From positions 239,568,001 to 239,632,000 of the forward strand of contig CM126207.1 of the NCBI GenBank assembly GCA_052327205.1: DNA of 64,000 bases, read 5' to 3'. Under the pieces are notes generated by a model. It was not told the origin of the DNA, did not search any database, and was given only the letters and a program-made list of their open reading frames with translations. A program made the translations under genes and the position numbers. Each line of letters starts with the position of its first letter. Position 1 is the first letter of the stretch. Below, piece by piece: positions 24,922-37,349 of the stretch. The stretch comes from Somniosus microcephalus. Taxonomy: Eukaryota.

Positions 24922-25096
24922 ATAACTTATGCCACTGTTGACAGAAAACTGTCGAAGAGAAGAGAACTGGGACACACGAGTCTGGCCTATCATAGAGCAC
25001 AGATATGTCCCATCAGGAAACAGATGCAAACACTCCAGTCTTTGGACCCACCTGTACTGATTTAACCAGCAACAATGTGAGGAACACAGACATATA

Positions 25097-25778
25097 GACC
25101 TAGAAATTACTTTAGGCCATCTTTAAAGCAGCAAATGGGTGCAGGAATGATCCCTGTGCCAAAAGATGGAGGCCCCAGGATTGTTGTAAACTGATACTCG
25201 GGCCTCACCTACATATTCAGAGTGAGCTGCCGACACCTGTCACGCCTCCAAAGGCAGCTCGTCTGAAGAATCCAATTTTGAGCTGCCAAGTTTGCCAGCA
25301 GTGGCCCCTCGGGTATGTTCTGGGAGGGGGTTTGAGGATGGCTGGAGTGGGGGCAGTGGTGCCGTTGTGGCCAGCACGGATGTCAGGAGTACTGTGGAGC
25401 TGGGAGGGGCAGGACTGCTTCCGGCTCCAATTTAAAAGGTTAAAAAAAAAAATCACCTTTTTGGTTGGGGCCATTTGCTAGGCCATATGCCACCTGGAAA
25501 ACCTGAACGGAGCAGGCCTGGCTCTTACTCCGCTCAGGGCAGCCCAATTTGGCACAAGAGTCCTTTAATAGGCATTAAGCCCCTAATTAACATATGCAAG
25601 AGGCCTAGCGCCTGTTTAAGGTGGCTACCCAGAACACCTAATAAATGGGCCCCACTAATTTGGCAGTGGGCCAAATGCCTTTGCAGATTGAGCGCCAGAT
25701 GTTCCACTGCTAAATTGGTCAGCGCTGCACCTGTTTTACACCTAAAGAATGTGTGCAACACATAGCAATTTCTCCCCC
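25097..25778. mobile_element. Harbinger-type MITE
   Basis: Ends gacctagaaatt / aatttctccccc with 3-bp TSD ATA on both sides. Confidence 0.65.
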
Positions 25779-25794
25779 ATAGAGTTAAAAAAGA

Positions 25795-26000
25795 CTGAAA
25801 ATCTGCAATATAAATCAGAAATGTTGGAAATCCACTGCAGGGCAGTCGGTGTGTGAAAAGAGAAAAGGTAAGTTAACGTTTTGAATTGAAACCCTTTATC
25901 CGAATGAATGTTCCAGTGAGTGATTTCTATCTGAAACGTTAGCCTATCCTGTAGGATCCCAATCTACCTGGGGTGTATTCTAACATTTTCTGTTTTATTT
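25795..26000. repeat. Old, diverged copy of the palindromic Penelope-type repeat
   Basis: cagaaatgttggaaat...agttaacgttttg...ctgaaacgttagc...taacattttctgtttt has the same inverted layout as 53460-55214. Confidence 0.55.
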
Positions 26001-26662
26001 AAGAGGTGAAATGTGGTCAATAAAGTACAAAGATTATCTCAGACAGTTGTCAAAAGGCAAAATAATTTGTTCACACATCTTTAAGCCTATTAACTGTCTT
26101 TTTGAAATATTAACTAATTTTTTCTGTACTCTTGTCCTTAGTCATTGCTACCTCTGCCCAAATTAGAGCTGTAAACGTAGGTCCAGTGACACATTGTACT
26201 TGTGTGCTGACATATTTTACCACGGGTAGTAGAGCATTGGTCCACATTTACAATTCTCCACACAGCAGTACGAATCTCAGACAGACCATCTGACAAGGTG
26301 CTTTTCTAAAGAAGGGGAAGAAAATCAGCAAGGGATTTATCCTTCATGGTTCATGCACATTTTGTACTTAGTAATGGCATAGCAGTGGCATTGGGTAGGG
26401 GTCTGGTCATTGTGCACCTACCTGATTCGAAAATGGTGCAAGAACCCTAAAGGGGAGAAAAAAACTGTTTTATATTTTTATACCAATGGCTGGATTGAAT
26501 CAATAGCACAAGTGACAAAGTATTTAGACCATTTTGATATTGAGTTCACAGTAAATATCAAAAGAAAAGAGAACCATTTGTTTCATATTCTAATTTTTGG
26601 TCTGTTGAGGCATGTTTCATTTATTTTTCAGTTTTGAATTATTTTTACTTAGAATATATATA

Positions 26663-26998
26663 CAGGAAACTTTGGTTTATCCGGAGGCTGTATGTCCGGA
26701 AACCTCGATCTAACGGCAGAAATCAGCAGCCGTTTTGGTTAGGTTTTTTTTCTTCTAGCATTTTTTTTTTTTAACAGTCAGGCTCTGGAAAGCGTCTCTG
26801 TAGCTTAGCAACAGCTTCAGAGACGCTTCCAAGGTACGGGCCGAGTGTTTACAAGCTGTTGCTAAGCAACAGTGTTTGTTGTCAGATACGGAGATGAAAA
26901 CCTCCGTATCCTTCAACATTAGCGCTGGTCTATCCGGAAGTTTTCATAGATCGGCAGCAGCTCGGTCCCGTCGGTGCCGGATATCGCGAAGTTTCCTG
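26663..26998. mobile_element. Tc1/mariner (Tigger/pogo-like) MITE
   Basis: TIR caggaaactttggtttatccgg / ccggatatcgcgaagtttcctg, flanked by TA on both sides. Confidence 0.85.
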
Positions 26999-28453
26999 TA
27001 TATGCAGTGTAGCAGGCGGAAGACTTGGAAGTAATCCTGTTTTTAAAAAAAATTAAATGATATCCAACAGGTCGAGAACTATGGAATAAAGATTCCATTG
27101 TAATCTTTTTTTTGAGCTCTGCAGCTTTTCACATCTGTTGGTACATGATTTAGTGACAATCTTAGATTAACTTGGCCTATGGGATTGTTTTGTTATTTAG
27201 TAACAGCTTATTTGCACAGATTCACATGGGGTGTGTTTCAAAATTTGACAGGAATGTAATGTTAACAATGTTCTGGTGTCCAGTATGGAAATGATCAGCC
27301 AGACAAAATATCATTTGCATTGAAATCTTTTGGCAGAAATATGCAGTGTGGAAATGGGGCATGAATTTTCAGGATCTAACTTTTGGGTGAGAAGCACAGA
27401 TGTGTGTGAACTACAGTATTTGCATAGGTTAATCGGTACTACCACATCATGGATTGCAGTGCTTTACTAAAAAGAATTACATTGAAACGTTTGTGTAAAC
27501 ATCATACATTTTGCATATACCATAATCTTTAAATCAGTGGGTCAAAATATTTAAGAGATTGTTGCCACGTGACAGATTATATGTGTACGTTTGAACAAAT
27601 CCTCTTATTTGCTCCATTTCCCATCACCACACACATTGGCCTGTTGCAACCAGATTCAAACATATTTAAAGCAAACTTTCAAGATTCATCATTGTCATTA
27701 GATCACACCTGTCCTCAGGGCTTACATGTGGAACATTTTTAAAACAAGTCTAAGTTAGTTTCTGATGTTTTACTCTTTTACCCCAAGACAGATTAACTTT
27801 ATAGAATTCTTGAGCTGCGTGTTTCTGGCAGCTAGCCAATTAAATTTTGAACTAGAATAATATAGCAGTATCATGAGAATAGTTCAGTACATATGCTAAA
27901 TAAATAACTCAGACATTAGTGTAAACAACACTGTTGCAATGCAAAGATTTGTAAGAGCCTCAGACTTTTTTGTTGCAAGTTAACTGATTTGCAACGTTAT
28001 TTTGTTGAGTGATTGCAATTTTACATTGTATTTTAACATACAAACTGGACAATCTAAAACAGAAAATTGAAAATTCACTAAATTACATTCACAATGTCCA
28101 GAAAAATAAAATAATCCTGGCTCTGAAAGAAGTCCATCAGCGCTCAACTGACAAGTGTGCGGAAACCAAACGGGGGAGGAGTAACAATACTAATTTTAAA
28201 ACATTTCTGTCACCTTCTGAACTTGTCCACCTTCAGCAGCTGCTACAGAGCAGCCTACAGAGTATGTCCTGAATTTTGTGTCTTTTCTGAAGCCTTCCCA
28301 AACCTACTTGTCCTAAAAATGAATGTTTTAATCCAACAAATCAAATACTAAGGCAGAATAAGTAGACTGTGGCAGAAAGGAAAGCAAGCTAATTTGTCTT
28401 AAGAAAACTTGACAATACCTATGGTTGATCTCCAAATGGTTTACAGCATGAAA

Positions 28454-29830
28454 CACTTAATTTGCCTTCTCTTACTGCACATCTTCTCTATTGGTGTGAT
28501 ATTTGCCAGCAAATGGTAATAAGAATAACATTTTACTTCTTTGTTTGGAGCAATTTTTTCCCATGAAATTTTGTTAAATTCTACAGAAGTCTGTTCTGTT
28601 AGGTGGAAAGATAACTTTTCCTGTCGGACCAGGCTGTTAGAACTTATGAAATATATATTTTTTTTACATATTTTGGTGCACATTCCTTCCTTAATTTGTA
28701 GTATCTTCCTTGGTGTGCTGAGTGCCTCTCTGCTGTGAATGCTTGAGCATAGTTTGAATGTGGGATCTGAGCAATATGATCCAGTGAAATATTGGTGCTT
28801 CATCATCAGGAAGATTGGAGCAGGAATGAAGTGGTTGTACACAATCCTACTCAACTCTTTTTAATCTGGGAAAATAGGATTCAGCGCATATTAGTTATTG
28901 CGGTTTTGTGGGGAATGGGAAGAGAGCCAAGACTAGTATCTGGGTGGTGAGTGATTCAGATGAGTGACAGCAAATTTAGAAGGTGGAAGAAGGAAAATAA
29001 AACTTTACAGCTTTTAAATTTTCACATAATTTGGAGTTGCCTGTTTCTTAATTATAATGGAACATATTTATGAAATCAGCAAGTAGATTTTTGGTGCAAC
29101 ATAAATATCTTTTTTGGGTCAATTTTTCAATACTGCACCTGACTGATTGTAATTTTACTTCTAAATTGGTTCAGACGCTTAGCCCTAATATCATCACTTG
29201 CAGGTGTGTCAGAATAATGTTCCACTAAATACTAGAAAATAATTTGAATTTAATTTGTATAGTTTTGCAGTCACATATAAGAAGCAAATTGAGAACTCCT
29301 CTACAAATCTATGGTGATCTACACCATAATTGTAATTTTCACAAGCTAGGGCATGTGTAAGATTTTTGAAGACTCGCATAAAAATAATGTAATAAACATT
29401 CACAGGAACAAAAAATTTTAACTTTTATTCTGGAGAGTCTCAGAGTGCAATTCCACCAACTGTAACTGTGGGCTGTTTCCCTCTTCCTGCAAATATATCA
29501 TATTAAATTACAACTTTCTCTTCTGCTTTGTGTTTCAATTCCCTGCTGCTGATTTGAAATCTTCTCTGTGTTTCTATACTGCTGGTCTTCCTGTAATTTT
29601 TAAATTAGCAGCAGAGGCTGGACTGAAATTTGCCATTTAAATATGGCTGAGTTGGAGAAGCAGAGCCACGACAAAACTAGACAAAACACGACAAAAAGTC
29701 CATTACCCTCTGCCACTCGTAGCATGCTAGAAAATATAGCACCACAATAAGAGTTAAATTTTCACTTAATTCGCCTTCTCTTACTGCACATCTTCTCTAT
29801 TGGTGTGATATTTGCCAGCAAATGGTAATA
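28454..29830 (+). repeat. 68-bp near-perfect direct repeat pair (28454-28521, 29763-29830)
   Basis: cacttaatt(t/c)gccttctcttactgcacatcttctctattggtgtgatatttgccagcaaatggtaata occurs twice with one mismatch. Confidence 0.9.
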
Positions 29831-29867
29831 CTTGCTCCTGACTGCAGTCAACATTCCAACTCATGAC

Positions 29868-32083
29868 TTACATAGGATTACATAGGATATACAGCACAGG
29901 AACAGGCTATTTGGCCCAACCAGTCCATGCCGGCGTTTATGCAACACTCAAGCCTCCTCCCGTCTTTCTTCATCTAACCCGATCAGCATAACACTCTATT
30001 CCCTTCTCCCTCATATGCTTATCTAATCACCCCTTAAATGCATCGATACTATTCGCTTCAACCACTCCCTGTGGTAGCGAGTTCCACATTCTCACCACTC
30101 TCTGGGTAAAGAAGTTTCTTCTGAATTCCCTATTTTATTTTTTGGTGACTATCTTATATTGATGACCTCTAGTTTTGTTCTTCCCCACAAGTGGAAACAC
30201 TCTCTCTGTATCTACTCTATCAAAACCTTTCATGATTTTAAAGACCTCTATTAGGTCACCCATCAGCCTTCTCTTTTCAAGAGAAAAGAGACCCAGCCAG
30301 CTCATCCTACCCTGATAGGTATACCCTTGCAATTCTGGTATCATTCTTGTAAATCTTCTCTGCATCATCTCCGGTGTCTCCACATCCTTTTTATAATATG
30401 GCGACCAGAATTGCACACAGTACTCCAAGTGTGGTCTAACCAGGGTTCGATACAAGTTTAGCATAACTTCATTACTTTTTAATTCTATCCCTCTAGAAAT
30501 AAACCCTAGTGCTTGGTTTGCTATTTTTATGGCCTTGTTAACCTGTGGCGATACATTTAGTGATTTGTGTATTTGCATTCCTAGATCCCTTTGTTCCTGC
30601 TACCCCATTTAGAGTCTTATTTTCCAAGTAATATGTGACCTCCCTATTTTTCTTACCAAAATGTAATTCCTCACATTTATCTGTGTTGAATTTCATTTGC
30701 CAATTATATGCCCATTCTGCAAGTTTATTAATGTTGTCTTGTAATTTGTTGCAGTCTTCCTCAGTATTGGCTCCCCCCCCGCCCCCCCAATTTGGTGTTG
30801 TCTGCAAATTTAGAAATTGTGTTTTTGCTTCAAAAGTCTATTCGTTAATATAAATTGTGAACAACAGTGGTCCCAGCACTGATCCTTGTGGAACACCACT
30901 TCCCACCTTCTATCACTCTGAATAGCTACCCTTTACCCCTACTCTCTGCTTTCTGTCTTGAAGCCAGCTAGCTATCCATTCTGCTACTTGTCCCCTGACT
31001 TCGTATACCCTGACCTTATTCATTAGTATATTATGTGGTACCTTATCGAAGACCTTTTTAAAATCTAGATCAATTGCATCTACTGCATTACCCTTGTCTA
31101 CTCTCTGTCACCTCTTCAAAAAATTCAGTGAGGTTGGTCAAGCAAGACTTTCCCTTTTGAAATCCATGCTGACTATAATAATGGCCCAGAAATTCGGGTC
31201 GGGGGCTTCCCGTGGGTGCAAGCCCCCGACCTGCACTTACCTACCGCGCTGGCCGTTGAGCTGTGGGCCCACATGGGATTCCGATCCTGGGCCTCCTTCA
31301 ACTGCCAGCGTACAGTGCTTGCGTATCCCAGGGGCGCAGTTAGTTCGATGCGTCCCCTGGGATCACATGGGCCATGGAGAGCCAATGATAGCAGGGAATG
31401 CTTCATTCATAAGTTTGACAGGAAGACCTGTCAAACCTATAAATACTATAAGCCCCAAAACATCACTAACACTTCAAATAAAAAAAATTTTTAAATCACA
31501 TTTTTAAAATAACTATAAATTTCATGAAATAACTATTTTAAACAATAATTTAAATTTTTGAAAAAATTAATTAACTTTTCTAACGGGGCTAAAAATAAAC
31601 TTACCTTTCTTTAAAGTATTTAAAAATAATAAACCTGTGGAAAAAATGTTTTAATTTTAATTAATTCACCACTTACCTTGTTAAAAGCAGGCCTTGCGCC
31701 TGCTTTTTAAAAGTGTAACTGCTGGAGACTTACCCTCCTGGAGAAACCTGCAAAAAAATCGTAAGTTCAATGCGCACGCGCTGCCTCTCCGGCGCACGCG
31801 TTCGATTTCTGAACCCCTTCTTTCAGGGGACTGGAAGTGCCGGTTTCCCGCGCATGCGCAGTGCATGCACGAAACCGGCACTTTCGTTGGGCCGGCGTGT
31901 GAGTACTCCATGCGTACTCACGCGTTGGGACCCGAATTTCTGGGCCTATATTTTTCATTCCTAGATGTTCTTCTATTTTCTCCTTTTAATAGGGATTCCA
32001 TTATTTTTCTACCACCGATGTTGAGCTGACTGGCCTATAGTTCCCTGGACATGTTCTATCTCCCTTCTTAAATATAGGTATTT
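29868..32083 (-). mobile_element. CR1 LINE fragment interrupted by a MITE
   Basis: On -: SQHGF, GVPQGSVLGP, KFADNTK, LVRPHLEYCVQFWSPY; tail tacatagga repeats at ~29870. CR1 sequence resumes after 31946. Confidence 0.9.
31183..31946. mobile_element. Harbinger-type MITE inserted in CR1
   Basis: Perfect 18-bp TIR ggcccagaaattcgggtc / gacccgaatttctgggcc; flanks AAT/TAT; GC-rich ends and AT-rich core related to family A. Confidence 0.88.
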
Positions 32084-35000
32084 AAACTTGGGGGCAGACC
32101 AGCAAAGTCGATACATATGGGTGGAGTTTCCTGTGTATTTGCGCCCAGGTACACATGCAATCGGGGCTTAAAGCAAATACCCAGCCTAAAATAGAAGGAA
32201 ACTCAGGTACAAGTGTGTTACACATGAGCTTGCCTGTTGGTCGATGGGAAATCATGTACTGATGCAGAACATAATGTCATTCTGATTTTTTTAATTTGCA
32301 AGATAAGCTTCTGTCAATTTAAAAAAGAAAGTATGACCAGAAGGAGTGGAGTGGGTCACAGAGTGACATGGTTGTCTATGCCTTGGAATGGTGCAATTCA
32401 CATACATTTACAGTCAGGTTTTTGTCCAATCGAAAAATCTACACTTCGAATTTATATGTACTCCTGTTAGGTGCTGGATAAGTATATAAAAAGTGTGAAA
32501 AGTTTCTTATGTTTGAGAAATGTATTAATTTCAGTGAAATCAGAACTGTTGTATGCATTTAAACTCATGGTGCTTTTGTTATATGGTTTCTTTATTTTGA
32601 AACCAAAACTAGGCTTTTTTTGGCGTAGTTTTCCTTTCTAGATACTTTATTCAGAACATTGCACAATAGGATACTGGCTGATTTTCAAAGCCAGCAGTTA
32701 AAATGTGTATCTATTTAAACACTTCAAGTTGTTTTTATTAATAATTGCTGAATTTGGTTATGACTGTACCCTTAAAATCTTCTACTTCTGCATCTGCTGG
32801 GAATATGCAGAGTTGATGCATGGATTTTTAATGGGGAAAAACTTAAGTGTTTGTGTAACCTTTTTAGCATTTTTAATGTTATTCAATTAACTTAAAAAAT
32901 AAGGCTTAGAAACTGTAGAGAAAATGAGCAATTGAATTCAATCAATTGAATGCCTGATAGGCAAAGTGTTCTGTTAAGGTTAGCAGATTAAATATCTGAT
33001 TTTTTATTATCTTCGTGTTTATCTGAATTTGTCACTGTAGATGATTTGACCAGTTTAGTGATGGAGATCACAATAACAGTTCAAGATTAGATTCAAACTG
33101 TGATATTTAAGCTCATAAGTGTGAATGATTTATGTTACCCATGCCGATTATGGCTATAATGGACTTGTTTTTAAATACAAATTATTTTATCATCAAAAAA
33201 CTAGAATATAAATTTGGCAAACGACTTTAATTTACTGCATTGTTAGAAATAAAGCTTTATATCTTTTTCAGCTTTTTAATTGTCAGCAAAACTATTTTGA
33301 TTGCTTGGGTATCCAGTAGGATTTACTGATCTGAATGGGAGAGTGCTGGCTGACTGATTTCCAGGGTGCACCATATGCGTAGGTAAGTAGTACTACATTT
33401 CTCACTAGTTACCTGAAGAATTATTTATTGGATGCTAAATCTTTTAGTGCTGATGATTATGAACATACTCCTTGTTATGTATGTGTGATGCAATCACTAA
33501 AGTCCCAAGTTTGTCGTACCATTATTACATAATAATGTAATTATTACAAGTGTTCTGTTGGGAACAGATTTCTAAACTTGTTCAACTTTATGTGAAAAAA
33601 AATTGTATTGTTAAATACGGTATCCCCTTTCTTAAAATTGTTTCTTAGAATTCTTATACTGAAGTTGTGATATTCCCCTGTATCATCAAGTTAAGAATCA
33701 TGCCAAAATTGCTTTTTGTCAAATCATCTGGTATGGTGTCATTTCTGATCAAATCTTGTGATTTGATCGTGGGGTGGGGGGTAGCGATTCTGTTGGTATC
33801 CATAATATCCCCTCTCCACAGGCAAAAATTAGAGTGTGGTAAGCAATAAGGGATTTTAGTTTCACTCTTACAGTTTGACATTTCAACCCCTAGATATGTT
33901 ACTGCTTTGCAATGCATAGCAGACCATGTGTTTTATATAGCCATGGAGAGAAAGCAGTTCTCTACTTTCCCATATACTTTGACAATCATGTTGCAGACCA
34001 TGACTGCAGGTGGTCAGCATTTAATGAATTGGAAGGTAAAACAACTGCCATTAATTATACCACTATTATAAGCATGCTGTTATTTATGAGTTAGTCCTTA
34101 ACTCCTTCATGATCATGGTAACAGAAATTAATCCCTAGATAAAAACCTGGGTTCTTGGATTATAGAAGAAGGAATTTAAAGGCACTTATGCACTATCTAA
34201 AAATTGCTTCTGTCTCAGGAGAGGCACCTCCATGTGCTGCTCCCTTTCTCCTACACATTCTGTGGAGTGCAGGTTTCAGTACTGCTGATGGGCTTAAATG
34301 TTTTATGTGGAGACCCAATTGCTTAATAGAGTGCACATGAGGTTGGGGGGTGGGTGGTACACACTGCATTTACTTTACAGAAACTGGTAGCTTTCACATA
34401 ATGGCAGATCCATCGACTTATACAGATACTAAGGCGGGAGAACTAGTTATCTACTGTCAGCTGCATTCCTGTAAAGTAAACGTGTCTTAACAGCCTTCTT
34501 GGAAACCTGCAGGCTTAGCTTAGATCCTCAAGTCTCAGAGGAATTGGTGACCCAAGCTCTTTAAAGAAATAAGTTTACTTCTCGTTTTGATATAATTTAT
34601 TATTTTGATCAAATAAAATGAGATATGTGAAGGTGCATTTTTGTAATGTGCACCAGTAAGGACTGTCAAGCCAGGTAGCAACATGTTTTAAATGACCTGT
34701 GGCAATGCTGAGTCTGAACCATAAGGTTACTTTGATTTACTTACACGGAAGAGGGTTGTAGCTTTTTCAGACCTGTTTATGGCATCACAGACAGGTATAT
34801 TGTGAAATTTTGGGTTTCCTTGCAGCATGCATGCGTATTTAAGGTGAACCTTTCTAAATGGCTGTCAAATCATGAAGGATTAATTACGTGAAAACCATTT
34901 AACCACTGAATTATTGAGATTAAATACCTCAGAAGCAGTAGCTCCCTGGGTGGCTACCCAGCAAAACCCATTACAAAGTGCAAGTACCATAGATTTAAAG

Positions 35001-35236
35001 TATTGTGAGATTATTTAGCATTTAACTAAAAGAGGAGCAGTTGAGATTGTAGTAATGGATTACGAGAAATGTTCATTTTTGCCTTTGACACAAGTTTGCC
35101 CATAAGTGAGGACCAAAAACTTAATAAATGAAATAATTTATTCATAATGCAGTGTGATAGAAATGCCAACTGCCTTGAGAAAATGAAATATGATTACAAC
35201 AGAGTTTAATTTTATTCCTTTACTTTAGCACTTGTA

Positions 35237-35948
35237 TAAGAACATAAGAACATAAGAAATAGGAGCAGGAGTAGGCCAATCGGCCCCTCGAGCCTGCTCC
35301 GCCATTCAATAAGATCATGGCTGATCTGATCCTAACCGCCAATCCACTATCACAGAACCATCTCCTGAATCTAACAGAATTAGACACACGAAATAGGAGC
35401 AGGATCAGGCTACACGGCCCCTGGGCCCGCTCCGCTACCCATAGGGCCATGACCGATCCGAACCTAGACTCATGCCCACATTCCTGCCCGCTCCCCGTAA
35501 CCCTTAATTCCCTTTACTTCTAGGAAACTGTCTATTTCTGTTTTAAATTTATGTAATGATGTAGCTTCTACAGCTTTTTGGGGCAGCATATTCCATGGAC
35601 CTACCACCCTCTGAGTGAAGTAGTTCCTCCTCATCTCAGTTTTGAAAGAGCAGCCCCTTATTCTAAGACTATGCCCCCTAGTTCTAGTTTCACCCATCAT
35701 CGGGAACATCTTCCCCGCATCCACCCGATCCAACCCCTTCACAATCTTATATGTTTCAATAAGATCGCCTCTCATTCTTCTGAACTCCAATGAGTAGAGT
35801 CCCAATCTACTCAACCTCTCCTCATATGTCCATCCCCTCATCCCCGGGATTAACCGAGTGAACCTTCTTTGTACTGACTCGAGAGCAAGTATGTCCTTTC
35901 TTAAGTATGGACACCAAAACTGTACGCAGTATTCCAGGTGCGGTCTCA
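35237..35948 (-). mobile_element. 5'-truncated CR1 LINE 3' end
   Basis: RPHLEYCVQFWCPYLRKD, RRMRGDLIETYK, RTRGHSL; (taagaaca)n tail at 35237-35258. Confidence 0.92.
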
Positions 35949-36295
35949 GGTGTTCTATATCCTCACTGTAACGGGCCTGTACGAAAATAGTTTGAGCAGT
36001 CTGAATCCATTTCCTTGTGAGTTTAGGCCCACAGTGCAAAATGACCCCATAATGGCTCTAAATTGGCCACCTCATTCAAAAATGCCATAGGATAGTTGGT
36101 GCCTAACATGGAAATTGGCACACTAGTACACTATGAGTATTCTGAGGTTGGGACAGAGGCATATTGTTGGGTCAGAGTACCTTTCTTCTGTATCTAACCA
36201 ATACTGACACTAGCAACATGAAATGTTTTCTATTCCACAGCATTATCATCCCTCACTTCGATGAGTGCAAAATTCACAAAAAGAAATCATAGTAT

Positions 36296-36652
36296 TGTGG
36301 AGGAGCCACAAGAGACTCAGTGTACTTTAGTATAATCCCCTTAATTGTATTATAGTGCAGCCGGGGACTGCACCTTTAAATTGATTGTTACCTTTACAGT
36401 GTGTGTTTGCCTTTATCCTGCGTGGCGACGTCATGACGCTGATCACGTGACCGCCAGTGGTGCGAAGAACGTGGGGACGTCATGACATCAGCTTAGAGAG
36501 CTTTCCAGCAGTCTTCGACTACCTGGCATCTTGAACGAACGTGTTTTGATTTCCTCCTTGTAACATCCAGCAAACTTCGTTGTTATTAAATTCCAGCCTT
36601 TTAATCCGTCGAGTTGAGCTGAATTATTTAGTTAGGAACCTCCATTCCTACA
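36296..36652 (+). repeat. 5' LTR (357 bp) of CsRN1-like element
   Basis: TGTGGAGG...TTCCTACA; near-identical to the rejoined 3' LTR. Confidence 0.95.
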
Positions 36653-36653
36653 T

Positions 36654-36665
36654 TGGTGACCCCGA
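36654..36665 (+). promoter_or_regulatory. Primer binding site, tRNA-Trp type
   Basis: TGGTGACCCCGA one base after the 5' LTR; complementary to the tRNA-Trp 3' end, as typical of the CsRN1 clade. Confidence 0.85.
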
Positions 36666-36697
36666 TCTCGTCGAACAAACTTCGAAGAGAATTCAAC

Positions 36698-37345
36698 ATG
36701 AGCACAAATGCCATCGCCCTCAAATTGCCTCAGTTCTGGGAGCAGCAACCAGAAGCTTGGTTCCTACAGACGGAAGCACAGTTTCACCTGCGGGAGATCG
36801 TAGCGGATTCGACCCGTTATTTTTACGTGGTCTCCGCTCTCGACAGCGCCACGGCCTCGAGGGTCGTCAGCCTACTGAGCAGTCCACCAGACGAGGGCAA
36901 GTATGAGGCTCTCAAAGCTCGTTTACTGCAAATATTTGGCCTTAACAAATCAGAGCGCGCACGCAGGCTCATTACCATGCCAGGCATCGGGGACTCAAAG
37001 CCTTCGGAATTAATGAGCCAAATGCTCACCCTACTTGGTTCGGAAGACCAATGTTTTTTATTCCGAGAACATTTCCTCTGCCAGCTACCTGACGCGGTGC
37101 AGACAGCCTTGGCCAGCTCTGAGATCACTGACTGTGTTAAGCTCGCGGCAGAGGCAGACAAAATTTTTGCAGACTCACAGCAGTGCTGTACAGCCACGAG
37201 GCGTCCTTCTCCTGCGTGTGCGAAGCCCAGCCCTCCTCCAGCAGGCTGGTGCACGTACCACGCCCGTTTGGGCGCCAAAGCTCGATGCTGCAAGCCTCCC
37301 TGCAGTTTCTCCCCCCAAAAAATCCTTAGCAAGCCATTGACCTGA
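36698..37345 (+). CDS. Gag (CsRN1-type)
   Basis: ATG at 36698; [34 protein letters not shown] and a terminal [19 protein letters not shown] motif; a C/A-run possible frameshift site near 37311-37322. Confidence 0.85.
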   Translation: MSTNAIALKLPQFWEQQPEAWFLQTEAQFHLREIVADSTRYFYVVSALDSATASRVVSLLSSPPDEGKYEALKARLLQIFGLNKSERARRLITMPGIGDSKPSELMSQMLTLLGSEDQCFLFREHFLCQLPDAVQTALASSEITDCVKLAAEADKIFADSQQCCTATRRPSPACAKPSPPPAGWCTYHARLGAKARCCKPPCSFSPQKILSKPLT

Positions 37346-37349
37346 AAAG

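Noticed and set aside
36654-36665. tRNA-like sequences (also 45755-45764)
   Set aside because: Only 10-12 nt complementary to tRNA 3' ends; these are primer binding sites, not tRNA genes.
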